The translations under genes were made by a program, and so were the position numbers. Of a stretch of 61,646 nucleotides of DNA, positions 29,142-40,500 are shown one piece after another. The stretch comes from Chloroflexota bacterium (GTDB lineage Bacteria > Chloroflexota > Limnocylindria > Limnocylindrales > CSP1-4). Each line of letters begins with the position of its first letter. Position 1 is the first letter of the stretch. The stretch is from contig PMXQ01000089.1 in NCBI GenBank assembly GCA_003171065.1, positions 3,325 to 64,970 on the forward strand, written 5' to 3'. The notes beneath the pieces are model-generated. The model did not search any database and was not told the DNA's origin. It saw nothing but the letters and a program-made list of their open reading frames with translations.

Positions 29142-29319
29142 TTCCGGCGGTTGTCACACACGTCGTGATGCCCGTGATTTCCGACCGCCACGAACGGGCG
29201 TCGAGTAGCCGAATCGGGACATTCAGGTCGGGCGGTTTAGCATCGATCCCGGCGACAGCTGCTGGAGGCTCGCTCCGCTTGCAGGCGACACGGGAGAGCG
29301 CGAGCGTGGCATCAGCGAT

Positions 29320-29448
29320 GGGTAGGCGGAACCTACCTGAATGGTCGGGGCGAGAGGATTAGGGCCGACACACCGTCGCATTCTTTGCTGATCCCGGTCG
29401 CGAACATGCCGAGCTACGTTGGTCGGGTCTGGAAGACGGCTTGAGGGC
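29320..29448 (-). repeat. tRNA-3-prime-end-like repeat, copy 3 (107-nt form plus flanking hairpin)
   Basis: GGGTAGGCGGAACCTAC hairpin, then TGGTCGGGGCGAGAGGATTAGGGCCGACACACCGTCGC...GGTCTGGAAGACGGCTTGAGGGC. Its left flank matches copy 4 and its right arm matches copy 2. Confidence 0.55.
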
Positions 29449-29597
29449 ATAACTTCGTCGCATCCTGGCTCAAGTCGGGTAGCGCTTTCGGCGACTTCCC
29501 CGAAGGCAGTGGAGGTCGACTCTCGCGACTCAAGCCGGCAATTCTCGTGGCGATGCGGCCGGATGGGTGGGTGGGGGTGCCGGCCGGTCCGCCTCGC

Positions 29598-30239
29598 TCA
29601 GCCCCTGGAACCATCCGTTCGCCCGGCGCGACGCAAGGCCCGGTACATCGCCCTGGGCTCGATCGGCGGTGCGATGTGATCGGCGCCCGTGGCGCAGAAG
29701 CCCGCGAGCATCAGCCCGACGAGCCGTCGCGAGGCTGCCGCTGCGCCGTCGCCGGCCGCCTCGACGACGCCGGCGTTCGCCATCAGGAGCAGCGGCACGT
29801 CTTCGGGCGTGACATCGGCGCGCAGCTTGCCCGCCAGCTTCGCCCGTTCGATAAGGCGTACCACCGACGCGTGAGCGCGGTCACGTTGCTCCGCCAGCCC
29901 GGGCGCGGAGGGGAACGTCCGAGTCAGCACGTCCCCGAGGCCGCGGTCGGCGACCTGCATATCGCAGATGTGCGCAATGAACACCGCGAACCCTGCCCAC
30001 GAGTCGGGGTCGTCTCGAGCTGCTTCTGCAACCCTCGCGTACTCCGCCACGCGGTCCACGAAGGCTGCCGCGATCAGCGCGTCACGGGTCGGGAAGCGAC
30101 GGTACAGCGTCCCGATCCCGACACAGGCACGCTCGGCAACGACATCGAGCGGGACCTGCAGTCCCTGCTCGGCGAAAGCGGCCTGGGCCGCCTCGACCAG
30201 CTTGTCGCGGTTGCGTGCGGCGTCTCGTCGGAGTGTCAT
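29598..30239 (-). CDS. TetR-family transcriptional regulator
   Basis: 213 aa from MTLRRDAARNRDKLVEAAQAAFAEQG, with HTH VVAERACVGIGTLYRRFPTRDAL. Last gene of the QOR-LUD-DoxX-TetR operon. Confidence 0.85.
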   Translation of the reverse strand: MTLRRDAARNRDKLVEAAQAAFAEQGLQVPLDVVAERACVGIGTLYRRFPTRDALIAAAFVDRVAEYARVAEAARDDPDSWAGFAVFIAHICDMQVADRGLGDVLTRTFPSAPGLAEQRDRAHASVVRLIERAKLAGKLRADVTPEDVPLLLMANAGVVEAAGDGAAAASRRLVGLMLAGFCATGADHIAPPIEPRAMYRALRRAGRTDGSRG

Positions 30240-30261
30240 GGCAGTGGCGATCGTCTGCCGG

Positions 30262-30645
30262 TCAGAACGGGGCAACGACGAACCGGCCGTAGGCGACCAG
30301 GACGGCTATGGCGAACAGGATCACGTTGAGCACGATGTTCTGTCCCTCGCCGGCCCGTCGCAGGTGGAAGGCGGCCGCGAGCACCATGACCATCGCGAGA
30401 CACGAGGCGGCGACCGGCGTGAGCCACGGCAGGATCCCCGTGACGGCCGGCAGGATGAGGCCGATCGCGCCCAGGGTCTCAAGTCCACCGATGATCCGCA
30501 TGCGGTCACGACCAACGTCCGCAAGCCAGGTCATCCCTGGTTGGACCGACGATCGATCGAACCCGATGGTGTGGATGTAGCCGTCCACCAGGAAGGCCAA
30601 TGCGAGCAGGATCTGCCCGATCCAGAGCAGTAGGTTTGCGCCCAT
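30262..30645 (-). CDS. DoxX-family membrane protein
   Basis: 127 aa with 4 TM helices. Typical DoxX size and topology. Confidence 0.75.
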   Translation of the reverse strand: MGANLLLWIGQILLALAFLVDGYIHTIGFDRSSVQPGMTWLADVGRDRMRIIGGLETLGAIGLILPAVTGILPWLTPVAASCLAMVMVLAAAFHLRRAGEGQNIVLNVILFAIAVLVAYGRFVVAPF

Positions 30646-30657
30646 GTCTGTCCCTTC

Positions 30658-31260
30658 TCAGATACCGACGGGCTCGCGGACGAGCACGACCGTTGTGCGG
30701 CCGGGCCGCCACTCGCCGAGGATCAGCAGCACTTTCTCGAGGGCCGTGTCGACGCCCATCCGCTCGCGGACCCGGTCCATCTCCCAGGGCGTCACGATCT
30801 CCCGGATCCGCCGCATGGCCGCGTCGAGGTCGGGAACGATCTTCTGGCTGCCGACGACCAGGATCACCCGGCCGGCGCCCGAGGCGTACGCCCCGAGCTG
30901 GCTGCCGGTCGCCGATGCCGCGACGAGCGTCCCGTCGGCGGTGACGGCGGCAACGCTGCCGAGCATGAAGTCCGGCGCGGAGGTCAGCTTGCGGATCTCG
31001 CGACCCTGCGTCGCCCGGTCCATCGCCATCATCCGCGGGCGGATGGCGTCGTAGCGGCCGGACTCCATGATCTCTGAGTAGAGACCGAGGTCCTCGAGCG
31101 TTTTGGACTTGCCCGAGTGGACCTCAGCGCCTACGGGGACGAGGCCCAGAACGACGTCCCGAGCCTCGGGTCCCGTCTCGGTGACGGTCGCCTCGATGCT
31201 GTGCGAGCGGAGCGCGGCGGCGACCAATTCGACCGCGTCCCCGCCGATCGTCCCGTCCAT
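30658..31260 (-). CDS. LUD-domain (LutC/YkgG-like) protein
   Basis: 200 aa. GRVILVVGSQKIVPDLDAAMRRIREIV is typical of LUD-domain proteins. Confidence 0.7.
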   Translation of the reverse strand: MDGTIGGDAVELVAAALRSHSIEATVTETGPEARDVVLGLVPVGAEVHSGKSKTLEDLGLYSEIMESGRYDAIRPRMMAMDRATQGREIRKLTSAPDFMLGSVAAVTADGTLVAASATGSQLGAYASGAGRVILVVGSQKIVPDLDAAMRRIREIVTPWEMDRVRERMGVDTALEKVLLILGEWRPGRTTVVLVREPVGI

Positions 31261-31271
31261 CGCAGGCAGGC

Positions 31272-32222
31272 CTACTCGAAGGTCAGGACGAGCTTGCCTC
31301 TCGTCCCGGCCGCGAACGCACCGAGCGCGGACGCGGCGTCCCCCAGCACGAAGGCCTGCTGGACCTCGATGCGGAGGGTGCCGGCCGCCGCCCGGGCCGC
31401 CAGATCAGCGACCTTCTCAGGTGTCGGGCTGCCCATGACGTTGGTCGCGGCAACGCCGCGGGCGGCGAGCACGTCGGCGTCGGCGGCGCCCATTGTCGTG
31501 GCGATGCGGCCGCCGTCGTGAACGAGCGAGGCCATCGGCCCGAACGCCTCGCCGCGGTTGATGAAGTCGAGGAGGACATCGACCCCGCCGGGGAAGCGTG
31601 CCGCGACGGCGGCCGCGACGTCAACCGCGCTATAGTCGATCGTCTCGGTCGCGCCGAGAGAGCGGACGAAGGCTGCGTCGTCGCCATCCCGGGCGGTCCC
31701 GATCACCGTCACGCCGCGAGCGGCGGCGAGCTGGACGGCGATCGAGCCCACCCCGCCGGTGGCTCCGATGATGAGCACGGTGTCCCCGGCGCTGACCGCG
31801 GCCGCGTCCACGGAGTCGAGCGCGGTGGCGCCCGCGAGCGGGATGGCCGCCGCGGCCTCGAACGAGAGGCCCGTGGGCTTGGGCGTCAGCACGACCTGCG
31901 GACCGGCGGCCAGGATCTCCGCCCAGGTGCCCACGTGGAGCGGCGGCATCGCGGGGACGAAGGCGATCACCTCGTCGCCGACCGCCACGTCCGTTCGCCC
32001 GGAGCCGACGGCCTCAACGACGCCGGCCGCGTCGCGCCCGACGACCACCGGGAAGTCGTGCGGGATCATCGGTACGAGGTACCCGTTCGCCTCGAACAGG
32101 TCGATGCCGTTCACGCTCGCCGCGCGCACGCGGATCAGCACGCCGTCGGCGGGCAGCTCGGGGTCGGGGAGGTCGACGAGGGCGGCTGGCTTGTCGGCGG
32201 CAGTCAGGGCGTAAGCCTTCAT
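31272..32222 (-). CDS. NADPH:quinone oxidoreductase / medium-chain dehydrogenase-reductase family
   Basis: MKAYALTA...VLIRVRAASVNGIDL with the Rossmann segment VLIIGATGGVGSIAVQLA. Confidence 0.85.
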   Translation of the reverse strand: MKAYALTAADKPAALVDLPDPELPADGVLIRVRAASVNGIDLFEANGYLVPMIPHDFPVVVGRDAAGVVEAVGSGRTDVAVGDEVIAFVPAMPPLHVGTWAEILAAGPQVVLTPKPTGLSFEAAAAIPLAGATALDSVDAAAVSAGDTVLIIGATGGVGSIAVQLAAARGVTVIGTARDGDDAAFVRSLGATETIDYSAVDVAAAVAARFPGGVDVLLDFINRGEAFGPMASLVHDGGRIATTMGAADADVLAARGVAATNVMGSPTPEKVADLAARAAAGTLRIEVQQAFVLGDAASALGAFAAGTRGKLVLTFE

Positions 32223-32437
32223 GAGTTCCTCTCGCTAAGTGGAGTAACGGCTCCGGTTTGGTGACGAAAGCGTATAGCAGGAACTGGAGCCTTCCCTCCG
32301 GTTATGTGTAGACGTCCCGCGTGGCGGATCGCTTTCCCTGGCATAGGGTGAGTGCGCGAGCTGCCACGCCAAGCCGACCTCTTTTGGCCTCGCTCCGATG
32401 CGTGCCGCCACGGTAGGACCAGCTGAGCCCGGCCCAG

Positions 32438-33409
32438 TTAGGGCAGGATCTCGACGTACCCGTCCGTTCCGTGCACGCGGATCCGCTGCCCGTCCCGGAT
32501 CAGCCGGGTGGCATGCTCCACCCCCACGACGGCCGGCAAGCCATACTCCCGTGCTTCGATCCGCCGGCCCAGCTGCGCGAGCCGCACGACCTGCGCATCC
32601 GTCAGCGCTGGCTGCGCCTGCCGCTCGGGCTCGATCGCCTGTTCCGGTGTTCCGCCTGCGGGCGAGGCTTGGATCGCAAGCGTCTTAGTGGCGACCGACT
32701 TGGCGACGAGCTCGCCGTCCCGCACCTTGTAGACGTCCGCGTTCACCAGGCCGGAAACCAGGGCCTCGCCCAGGCCGAAGCTGGCCTCCACGGAGGCGAC
32801 CTTCCGGTTGCCCGTGACGGGGTCGGCCGTGAACAGGATGCCGGCCGCCTGCGAGGAGACCATGTGCTGCACGACCACAGCCATGCGGACCTTCCGGTGA
32901 TCGAAGCCGTTCCGCAGGCGGTAGGTCACGGCCCGCTCGCTGAAGAGCGAGGCCCAGCACCGACTGACGTGCTCGAGGATGGCGGCCGGCCCCACAACGT
33001 TCAGGTAGGTGTCCTGCTGGCCGGCGAAGGAGGCCGTCGGCGAGTCCTCCGCCGTCGCGCCGGATCGGACGGCGTAGGCGGCTTGCTCGCCGAGGCGGGC
33101 GAGCGGGCTGGTGATCGCTGCCGCTAGATCGTCGGGGAGGGCGATCCCTTCGATTGACCGGCGGATTTCCGCGCTGAGCGCGCGGATCGCCTCCCGGTCG
33201 TCCGGCTTCAGTCCCGACAGCCGATCGAGCCGATCGTCGATCGACGCTTCCGCCATGATCCGCCCGAAGGCGTCTGTCGTTACGCAGAAGCCGGCCGGCA
33301 CGCGGATGCCTTCGATCCGCGAAAGCTCCCCCAGGTTCGCGCCCTTGCCGCCAACGACCGCGACCTGCGTCTGGTCGATCTCCTGGAAACCCAATACGTA
33401 GCGGGCCAT
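32438..33409 (-). pseudogene. Internally deleted rifampin-phosphotransferase / PEP-synthase-like gene (ATP-grasp head fused in frame to the extreme C-terminus)
   Basis: The N-terminal 286 aa match the ATP-binding domain (VGGKGANLGEL...VRSGATAEDSPTASFAGQQDTYLNV...LTDAQVVRLAQLGRRIEA). The sequence then jumps straight to REYGLPAVVGVEHATRLIRDGQRIRVHGTDGYVEILP, the last ~37 aa of the swivel His domain. About 500 codons of the expected ~850 appear to be missing. Confidence 0.6.
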
Positions 33410-33744
33410 CCGTTCTCTCCTGGGTTCTGGCATCCGGCCGGCGATGCTACAGCACGACCCGTATCTTGCCGCAAGCCCACGGTGCGCTATAAGCTGGGAA
33501 TGGCAAGGAGGGCGCTCTCGGATGGACGGCGGCTAAGGCCGCCCCGGGATCGCCACCAATACTGAACGTGAGTGCCGCAGTCCGAACCATGTGCACACAC
33601 CGAGGTCCGGGTCCGCTACGGTGAAGGTCCATTGCACCTCGTGAGCCAGTCGGCCCTGATACCAGGCGCCCCCGCGGTGGGTCGGTCCATAGGCCCAGGA
33701 CGGCCCTGGGCCCAATACTTGGAGGCGACAAGGGCGGACCTCAT

Positions 33745-34266
33745 TTGGGGGGCACTGACATGAACCAGAAGAACCTCGCCGATCTTTACGGCCTCGATCC
33801 TATCCCGTGGTCGCGGGCGCTGAAGGCACTCGAGTCGGCCGAACCCAAGGCCCAGACACCATTCCTTGCCACGACCCGCCCGGACGGCCGTCCACATGTC
33901 GCGGCGGTTGGCGCAATCTGGGATAGCGGCAAGATCTACTTCGTGAGTGGCGCCGCGACTCGCAAGAGCCAGAACCTCTCCCAGAACGCCAACTGCGTCA
34001 TCTCAATGTCCCTGACGGGCATCGACCTCGTCGTCGAGGGCATGGCTGAACGAGTGACGGACAACAGCACCCTCGAGCGACTCGCGAAACGCTACGCCGA
34101 CCAGGGCTGGCCGGCCACCGTCAAAGATGGGGCCTTCACACACGAATTCAGCGCGCCGAGCGCCGGCCCTCCGCCATGGAACCTTTACGCGGTCACGCCG
34201 TCCACGGTCTTCGGCGTGCTAACTGTTAAGCCGGGCGGCGCCACGCGGTGGCGCTTCGACTCATGA
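33745..34266 (+). CDS. Pyridoxamine 5-prime-phosphate oxidase-family (split-barrel flavin/deazaflavin-binding) protein
   Basis: FLATTRPDGRPHVAAVGAIWDSGKIYFVSG...KSQNLSQNANCVISM is the typical PNPOx-like fold signature. The start may be ATG 33760. Confidence 0.75.
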   Translation: MGGTDMNQKNLADLYGLDPIPWSRALKALESAEPKAQTPFLATTRPDGRPHVAAVGAIWDSGKIYFVSGAATRKSQNLSQNANCVISMSLTGIDLVVEGMAERVTDNSTLERLAKRYADQGWPATVKDGAFTHEFSAPSAGPPPWNLYAVTPSTVFGVLTVKPGGATRWRFDS

Positions 34267-34392
34267 CTGCCGATTGGCGACACCCGCTACCTCGCGCCAT
34301 CCCCCAGACCGCACTCGACGGCCTGCGTCCCCCCGACCGACGCGGAGCCCACAGGACACGAGGACGATGGCTGATGACCATCCCGAGCGGAC

Positions 34393-34439
34393 GGGTAGGC
34401 GCAACCTACTCGAATGGTCGGGGCGAGAGGATTTGAACC
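34393..34439 (-). repeat. tRNA-3-prime-end fragment, copy 4 (canonical T-loop + T-stem 3-prime strand + acceptor 3-prime strand + CCA + downstream hairpin)
   Basis: The minus strand reads GGTTCAAATCCTCTCGCCCCGACCA, followed by TTCGA GTAGG-TTGCG-CCTAC. The T-stem 5-prime partner is ACCGG rather than AGAGG, and I found no 5-prime acceptor strand within ~150 nt. It is a fragment, not a gene. Confidence 0.6.
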
Positions 34440-34595
34440 GGTGGTTCCCAAGTGCCTGATCGTGGTGCCTCAATCCATCCTCGCCAGGCTGTCCAGGTCC
34501 TAAGCCTCGGCTTGCCTTCCTCGCGAGTCGACCGGGTTGCGATGTGGGCGAAATGCGAGTGGCAATCGACAGAAAGCTCGCGGAGGCCTGAGGTG

Positions 34596-37500
34596 TCACA
34601 TCAAGGAGCGCCAATCCCAGAAGCGTCGCGCCGACTTACGAATTGGACGACGGTCTGGTCGTGCGTCTCGCTCGACTGACTCGATAGCCAGGAGTTGGCC
34701 CACGGTTGCTTCCAGTTCGGCTAAGGCATCCGTGGTCGCTTCCACGTAGGCGCCGTGAGCCGGCTCGTCGTAGAGCTCAGGTGATGGGGCATCCGTAACG
34801 CCATCCATCCAGATTGCGGATCGGACCCTGGGGTGGCCATCTCTGCCATTCCAGATCCCGAAGTCGTCCGCCTGGAGCCAGCCGCACGCCGACGCGAAGG
34901 TCCCATTGATCGTGAGCCAAGCCGGCTTGGTCGAGCCAAACCGGAGATGGGAATTGCGCAGTATCACCGCGGTTTCAGAGGGCCGCGCGTTGGCATATCC
35001 ACTCGTCAGACGGACCAGACCGCCAAACAACTCGTCGTCAGAAACGGCAATGGCTCCCGCCTCGCTTGCGGGCACTAGGGTCCGACGCCGGCGCTCCGTT
35101 GGCCGTGACCAGTCGAGGCTCCGCACCGTGGAAGTCTCGGCTATGACGTAGCCGAATGCTGATGTAGGTAGAGGTCTTGGCCCAGATGCGACCTTCTCAA
35201 CCCACTGTTCATCCGTCGAGGCGTCGGCTCGTCCACGGATTGGGCGAGATAGCCAAGGTGGGGCTACCTCCAGTGGGAGTGCATCCAGTCCAGGATCAGT
35301 CCATCGAAAGCGCCTCTCCAGAGATGCAACAGTGTCCGCATCAATTAAGCCGTGGTCGAGAAGTTCGGCAGCCGCGCGTCCGAGGGCAACTCGAACAACC
35401 TCAGATCTGGGTCGCACATACGGATACTCGAGATAGCAGCCTCGCAGCCGCTGCTGAACCGCACGCTCTCCGGCCTCGCCGAGTCGCTCCTTCCACCCAA
35501 GCTCTTCCGCGATCTGGATCATTCGGTAGGCCAAAGTGGGCGCATCCAATTGAGACGCCCTGGCGAGCCACTCGACTTCGTCCGCGAAGGCCCCGACGAC
35601 TTCGAGCGGGTCTTCTGAGTCCCGAACCGGCTCGCCGATCTCCGGCAGTCGGGGCCGTGGACTCCACGCTCGGACGCGAGGTATCGAAAGCCTGAACAAA
35701 GCCGGGGCTGTCTTGCCGTGCGCCGTGTCAACAAGGCTGGCCCGCGGAAGTTTGAGCATCCGCGATACCGCTAGCCTCGCATCCAGGCCTGGCGAGCGAA
35801 GCTGGTCCTCGAGTTGGCGGCGGAACCTTGACACGATTGCCGGAGATCGGTGTGCGGAACCCTCCAGCACGGCCAGGGCCGAGAGGGCCGTCTCCGGATC
35901 ATCGCTCAAGAGCGCCTTTTCGAGTTCCTTCACGCAAGGCCCCGAGCCTGCGCAGATAAGCAACTCCAATGCCTCGCGGGTGAGCTGCGAGAGGAGGGTG
36001 ACTGGGTGCGACAGCCAGAGAAATGCCAACTCGGCGAGCGCCGCCTCGAACGTCCCAGCCGGGAGCTCTGCCAGCTCCGGGCGGTCCAGCTTGTGCGAGA
36101 TGTCCAGGAGAGCGTCTAGATACGCCTCGAGCGGCTCCCAGACGCCAAGGGCGGGTTCGTCATCGGTGAGGTACCGCAGCAACTCATCCAAGTCGCGAAG
36201 GATCGACATCGGATCAGCCTCGCCGACCAGCAGGTCGTCCTGGAGTGCGCCGAAAGCCAAGACGCGGCAACGAACGGGGTTTAGCCGTTTCAGCGTTTGC
36301 AGCGTTATGAGGATCGTTCCACCGTCGGACCAACGGTCCCACCCGAAGGGACTTCGGCGCTCAAGCGCCGTCTCAGCGAGTCTTTGGGCATGATCTACAA
36401 GGCCGCGCTTCAACAACTCCTCAGCCGCGAGAACAAGAGCCATGGACGGGCTGCGAGGTTCCGCTTCTAGCCGAAGGATCTCAAGGGAGGCTGCAGGAGC
36501 CAGGATGGGAGGAACGATCCGCCGCAGTCTGTCAGCCGACATGTGGTCGGTTGACCGCAGCAGGTCGAGGAGGCCATCGACGGTGTCGGGAGGTGGGCCT
36601 TTCTCTATAGAGAGGCCATCCTGGGGCGAGGGATGATCCGTTCGAATGTATCCGGTAGTCGTCAGCGACGCGATCTCGGGTTCCCCAAGCAGACCGGCGG
36701 CGACAAGCTCCTCACGCAGGACAGACGCCCACCCTTCGCGAATGCTGGGAAGCCCATACGATTGAAGTGCACCAAGTAAGCTGCGTGCGCCTTCAGTCGA
36801 CTTTCGAGCCGCCAACGCTTTGCACAGCCTGGTGGCAAAAGACTCGCCGGCCTCCCGCTCGAAGGGTATTGCCCAAGCTCCAGCAAGGCGCGCGACTGTC
36901 AACGGATCGGCGCCTACGTCGACAGCAGCCTTCAGCAGGGCGACGACGCCTCCGTGGTGGGTCACAGCGCCGGCGTCCAGGAGCCATTGAAGTAGCTTGG
37001 TTGCCGCGGCAGGACGCCAGGCTCCAGCAGCCTTGACGAGCGCAATCGCGGCCAACTCAGTTGCTCGGCCCTCCGTCTGATCGTCGAGGTCCTTGAGTGA
37101 CCCGGCGATCCTGGCGAAACGAGCGGGCATCCCGGCAGGGTCCGCAACGGCAATCCGCGGAAGCCACGGCAGCCAGAAGTCGAGTTGGTAGTCCTTTCGA
37201 TACCCGACTCCGAATGCGCCCCTCAGGGCATGCCTCACCGTCGTCTCGGCTTCCTCTCGCTCGCCAAGGTCGAGCCACCGGGAGGCATGATCCAGCAATG
37301 TAGCGAAGCGACTCGAGACGTCACCCGAAGCCGGTTTCTCGATCACCGAGATAAGCAATGGCCGAACCCGCGAGTCGTAACCGCCCTTGCGTAGGAAGGC
37401 CAGGAGGACCCGCTCCTTTAGTCCGTCGGGCCAGCCGATGCGCGGGCGGGTCCATTCTTCCTCGTAGAGTGAGAGCAGTGCATCCATGTAGGGACGGCCC

Positions 37501-40500
37501 AGATAGGTCGCGGCCAGGAACAGGCAGTCGTGGGCAGCGAAGTGGGACTGCTCGAGCGCGTAATCGTCCAGCGAATTGCGCCTGCCATTGAAGACAAAGG
37601 TCCGGATGATGACGACGGCCGCGTCACGGAAATCCCAGACGCTCCCTGGGTGATCAAGGAAGCTGCCGAGGAGGCTGCCGAGGCTGTGGGCGACGCGAAC
37701 GACTCGCTTGTCAGCCCGATCTCCGAGTTCGCTCTGAACAGCGTCGACGTCCACGGGAGACCCGGACGCACGGCGAACTGCGGTCCACCACATGGCGGGC
37801 TCATATCTCCTGAAGCCCTCCAGGCCTCGGTCATCCATCGAACCCGGCCCGCCCATGCGTCGCGCCGCACCGACTGCGTCTTGCTCGCCGGCTGTGAGGA
37901 CCTCCAACGTCAATCGATACGCGGTCGTATGTGTGATCGCTCTTCCCAGCAGGGCTGCCCTAGCTTGACCGGCTCGCTCGGCATGGGCGTCGGTCAGTCC
38001 AGCAAGGCGCATGTTCTCAAGCAACCGGACTTCAGCTCGGGCTCGCGCCTCGCGCTCGTCGTCATCGTCGAGATCCAGCTTTGACGCCAGTGTCGATGCC
38101 CGATCACTTTGGTTGGTCTTCACCATTTCATCGATCGCCCCGACTACGAAGTGACCGATTCGCCTGTCGCCTGAGTCCGATTTGGCCTCCCGGAGAGCAT
38201 CCAATACATCGCCCAGGGCATCGTCCGAAAGCAGCCGTGCCGAGGCACGTCCCCAGGTCCGGGCGTCGTCGATCGCCTCGCGGGCAAATGGTCCTCCCGT
38301 CCGAAGGAGCTCTTGGGCTTCATAGTCAAGAAACCTGACGGCCGAGTCTCGTTCTCCCGCCCGCGCGAGCGCAAGAGCAGCGGCAAGCCGCGGCCTACCC
38401 ACCGCGCCCCGCTCTTGAGGCTGGTCAACGAAAGGCAGGACCGCGTCAACCTCTCCAAGCCTCGCGAGGATGTCGATCAGATCCTTGCGGTCAACGAAGA
38501 AGCCGCGACTCCTCATCTCGGCGGCAATGAATAGCAGCCGAACTAAGGCCCGCCAGTCCTTGCGAGCCGCCGCGACGCTCGCCAGCAGCCGCGCGTCGGC
38601 GTCGAGAGCCCCCGGGGGTCGCAGTTGATCCAACTGGTCGCGGAAATACGAGAAGGTCGCGAGTTCAAGTGCCTCTCGTTCCTCGCCGGCCTTCAGCAGG
38701 TGATAGACACGTTCGCCGGAGCCGGGTTCGTCGGCCAGCCAAGCCGCAATCTGCTGATGGGTCGTTGCGTCGTCTAGCTCCGTGCGCGCGGCCAAGAACT
38801 GTCGGAAGCTGTCATGGAAGAACGTCCAACGGGTTGGCGACGGCTGACGGAAGTAGTGCCCGGCCCTGTCAGCCAGCCGCGTGCCAAGGCCCGGTGAATT
38901 CATCTTCCGAAGGAGCCAGGTGACGTTGATGGAGCCTCGCAGCCGAGCCGCGTGCAGTAGCGCCCGGGAGACATCAGGGTCACGTTCGAGAGAGGTCCAG
39001 TGAGCTTCGTAGTAGGCCGGCAAATCGCCGCCATACGCTGGGATCGAACTCAGGCGGAGGGAACGTTGGCCCGGAGGCGTATCGGCGAGCTGGCGAAGAA
39101 CGTATGCGAGGGAAAGAGGGTGGCCGTTCGCGAGTCGGTGAACGTCGGCGCGTTCGTGCGGCGTGAGTGTCGGTTCAATGCGCCACGCATCGATGACTCC
39201 TTCGACCGTTGCCGCGTCGAGTCCGGCCACGGTCAGGCGTCGACTCGAATCCGAAACCTCATGCCTGATCTCTGCGCTGAGTTCTCGCAGCGTGGTTGTT
39301 TGCGTCCCCAGAACGATCAGCACGCCTTCGGGAACGGCGGAGGGTTCAGGCAAATACGGGAGGAACGGTCGAGCCGGCAATGGATCTCGTGTGGCGTGAT
39401 CTAGACCGTCGACGAGGATGATGGTTCGCTCGTTCCTGTCGGCGAACGCCTGGCCGAGTAGTCCGAGCTGTAACGCCAGTTCCTGTTGAAGCCACGTTTC
39501 TTCGTCCCTGAGCCGCTCACCAGACCCAAACCCGGCTATTCGCAGTCTGAAGACGACGTCGTGAAGGAACGAGAGCGCCTCACCTCGCAGAACCGTGGAC
39601 GAGTCTCCGGGCACGAACGCGTAGTAGCGCAAGACCCGCTCTGGGCGGAGGCGCAGCGTATCTGTCAGTAGGGAACTCTTGCCAGAGCCGGGCGGGCCAA
39701 CGACTGCGAAATACCCACTAATCCCGCTGTCCAGAACCTGCTCAAGGTCGCGACGTGCCGCGCCAGGTGCCCTGTAGACCGTTGGGTCCACTGGGAAGTC
39801 GTGGTGGTGCCGCACTCGATACAGGTCTGTCCAGCCGAGCTTATCCAGAAGCTCGACCTTCGAGACTTCGACGATCTGCTCTGACGACGAAACCAATTCA
39901 AAGAGCTCGTCAGCGATGTCCGTTACACCCAAGGGCAGACCGGCCTGGTCTTCCCCGTAAGGCGACCGGACCAGCGAATACTCGAGTTCCAGTTCGCACG
40001 AGTCGGCGAAGCTTGCGAATTCGTCAGATGCTAGGCCGGTTGCGCCAGCGAAGGCATCCCAGGCCGCGAGCCACTCCTTGGGAACGGCGGCCCGTCCTTC
40101 GGTGCGACGTGACCAAGCCTCATTCAGGAACCCAGCCAGCGAACCGGCTTTCGTGTGCTGGGTGGACGGAATGGCATTAGCGATCAGATGGACACACGCT
40201 CGACGGCCGGGATTCCGCGCGGCCAAGTTCTTCCAGCCGTCTGCCAGTTGACGTGCAAGGCTCGGCTTCGTCTTGGACGGATTGAGCAACCAGGGCCATG
40301 AGACGGTCTTGGGCGTCCGATCCCACTTGACCTGGAAGCCGTCTACTCGGCCAGGGGTGCCAAGCTGAATGTCGTCTACGCGTTCGGCCTCCGGGTCAGC
40401 GACACGGATCCAATCTAGGCCGCCCTCCAGCGCTTGGAGTATGAGCAGGCCCGCCACCCGATATTGGTTGCGATATCCCCTGATGGCTCGCCGCTCGCCC

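Noticed and set aside
29421-29448. SRP (4.5S) RNA-like GGTCGGGTCTGGAAGACGGC segment inside the 107-nt repeat
   Set aside because: The resemblance to the SRP domain IV GGAA tetraloop region is superficial: only a 3-bp stem and no symmetric or asymmetric loop motifs. The sequence also occurs twice within 4 kb, which is implausible for SRP RNA.
34415-34500. Possible intact tRNA gene on the minus strand
   Set aside because: Only the T-loop, T-stem 3-prime strand, acceptor 3-prime strand and CCA are present. The T-stem 5-prime partner is ACCGG (needs AGAGG), and no CGGGGCG acceptor 5-prime strand occurs within ~150 nt. Copies 1-3 and 5 are even more degenerate. Called a fragment or repeat instead.
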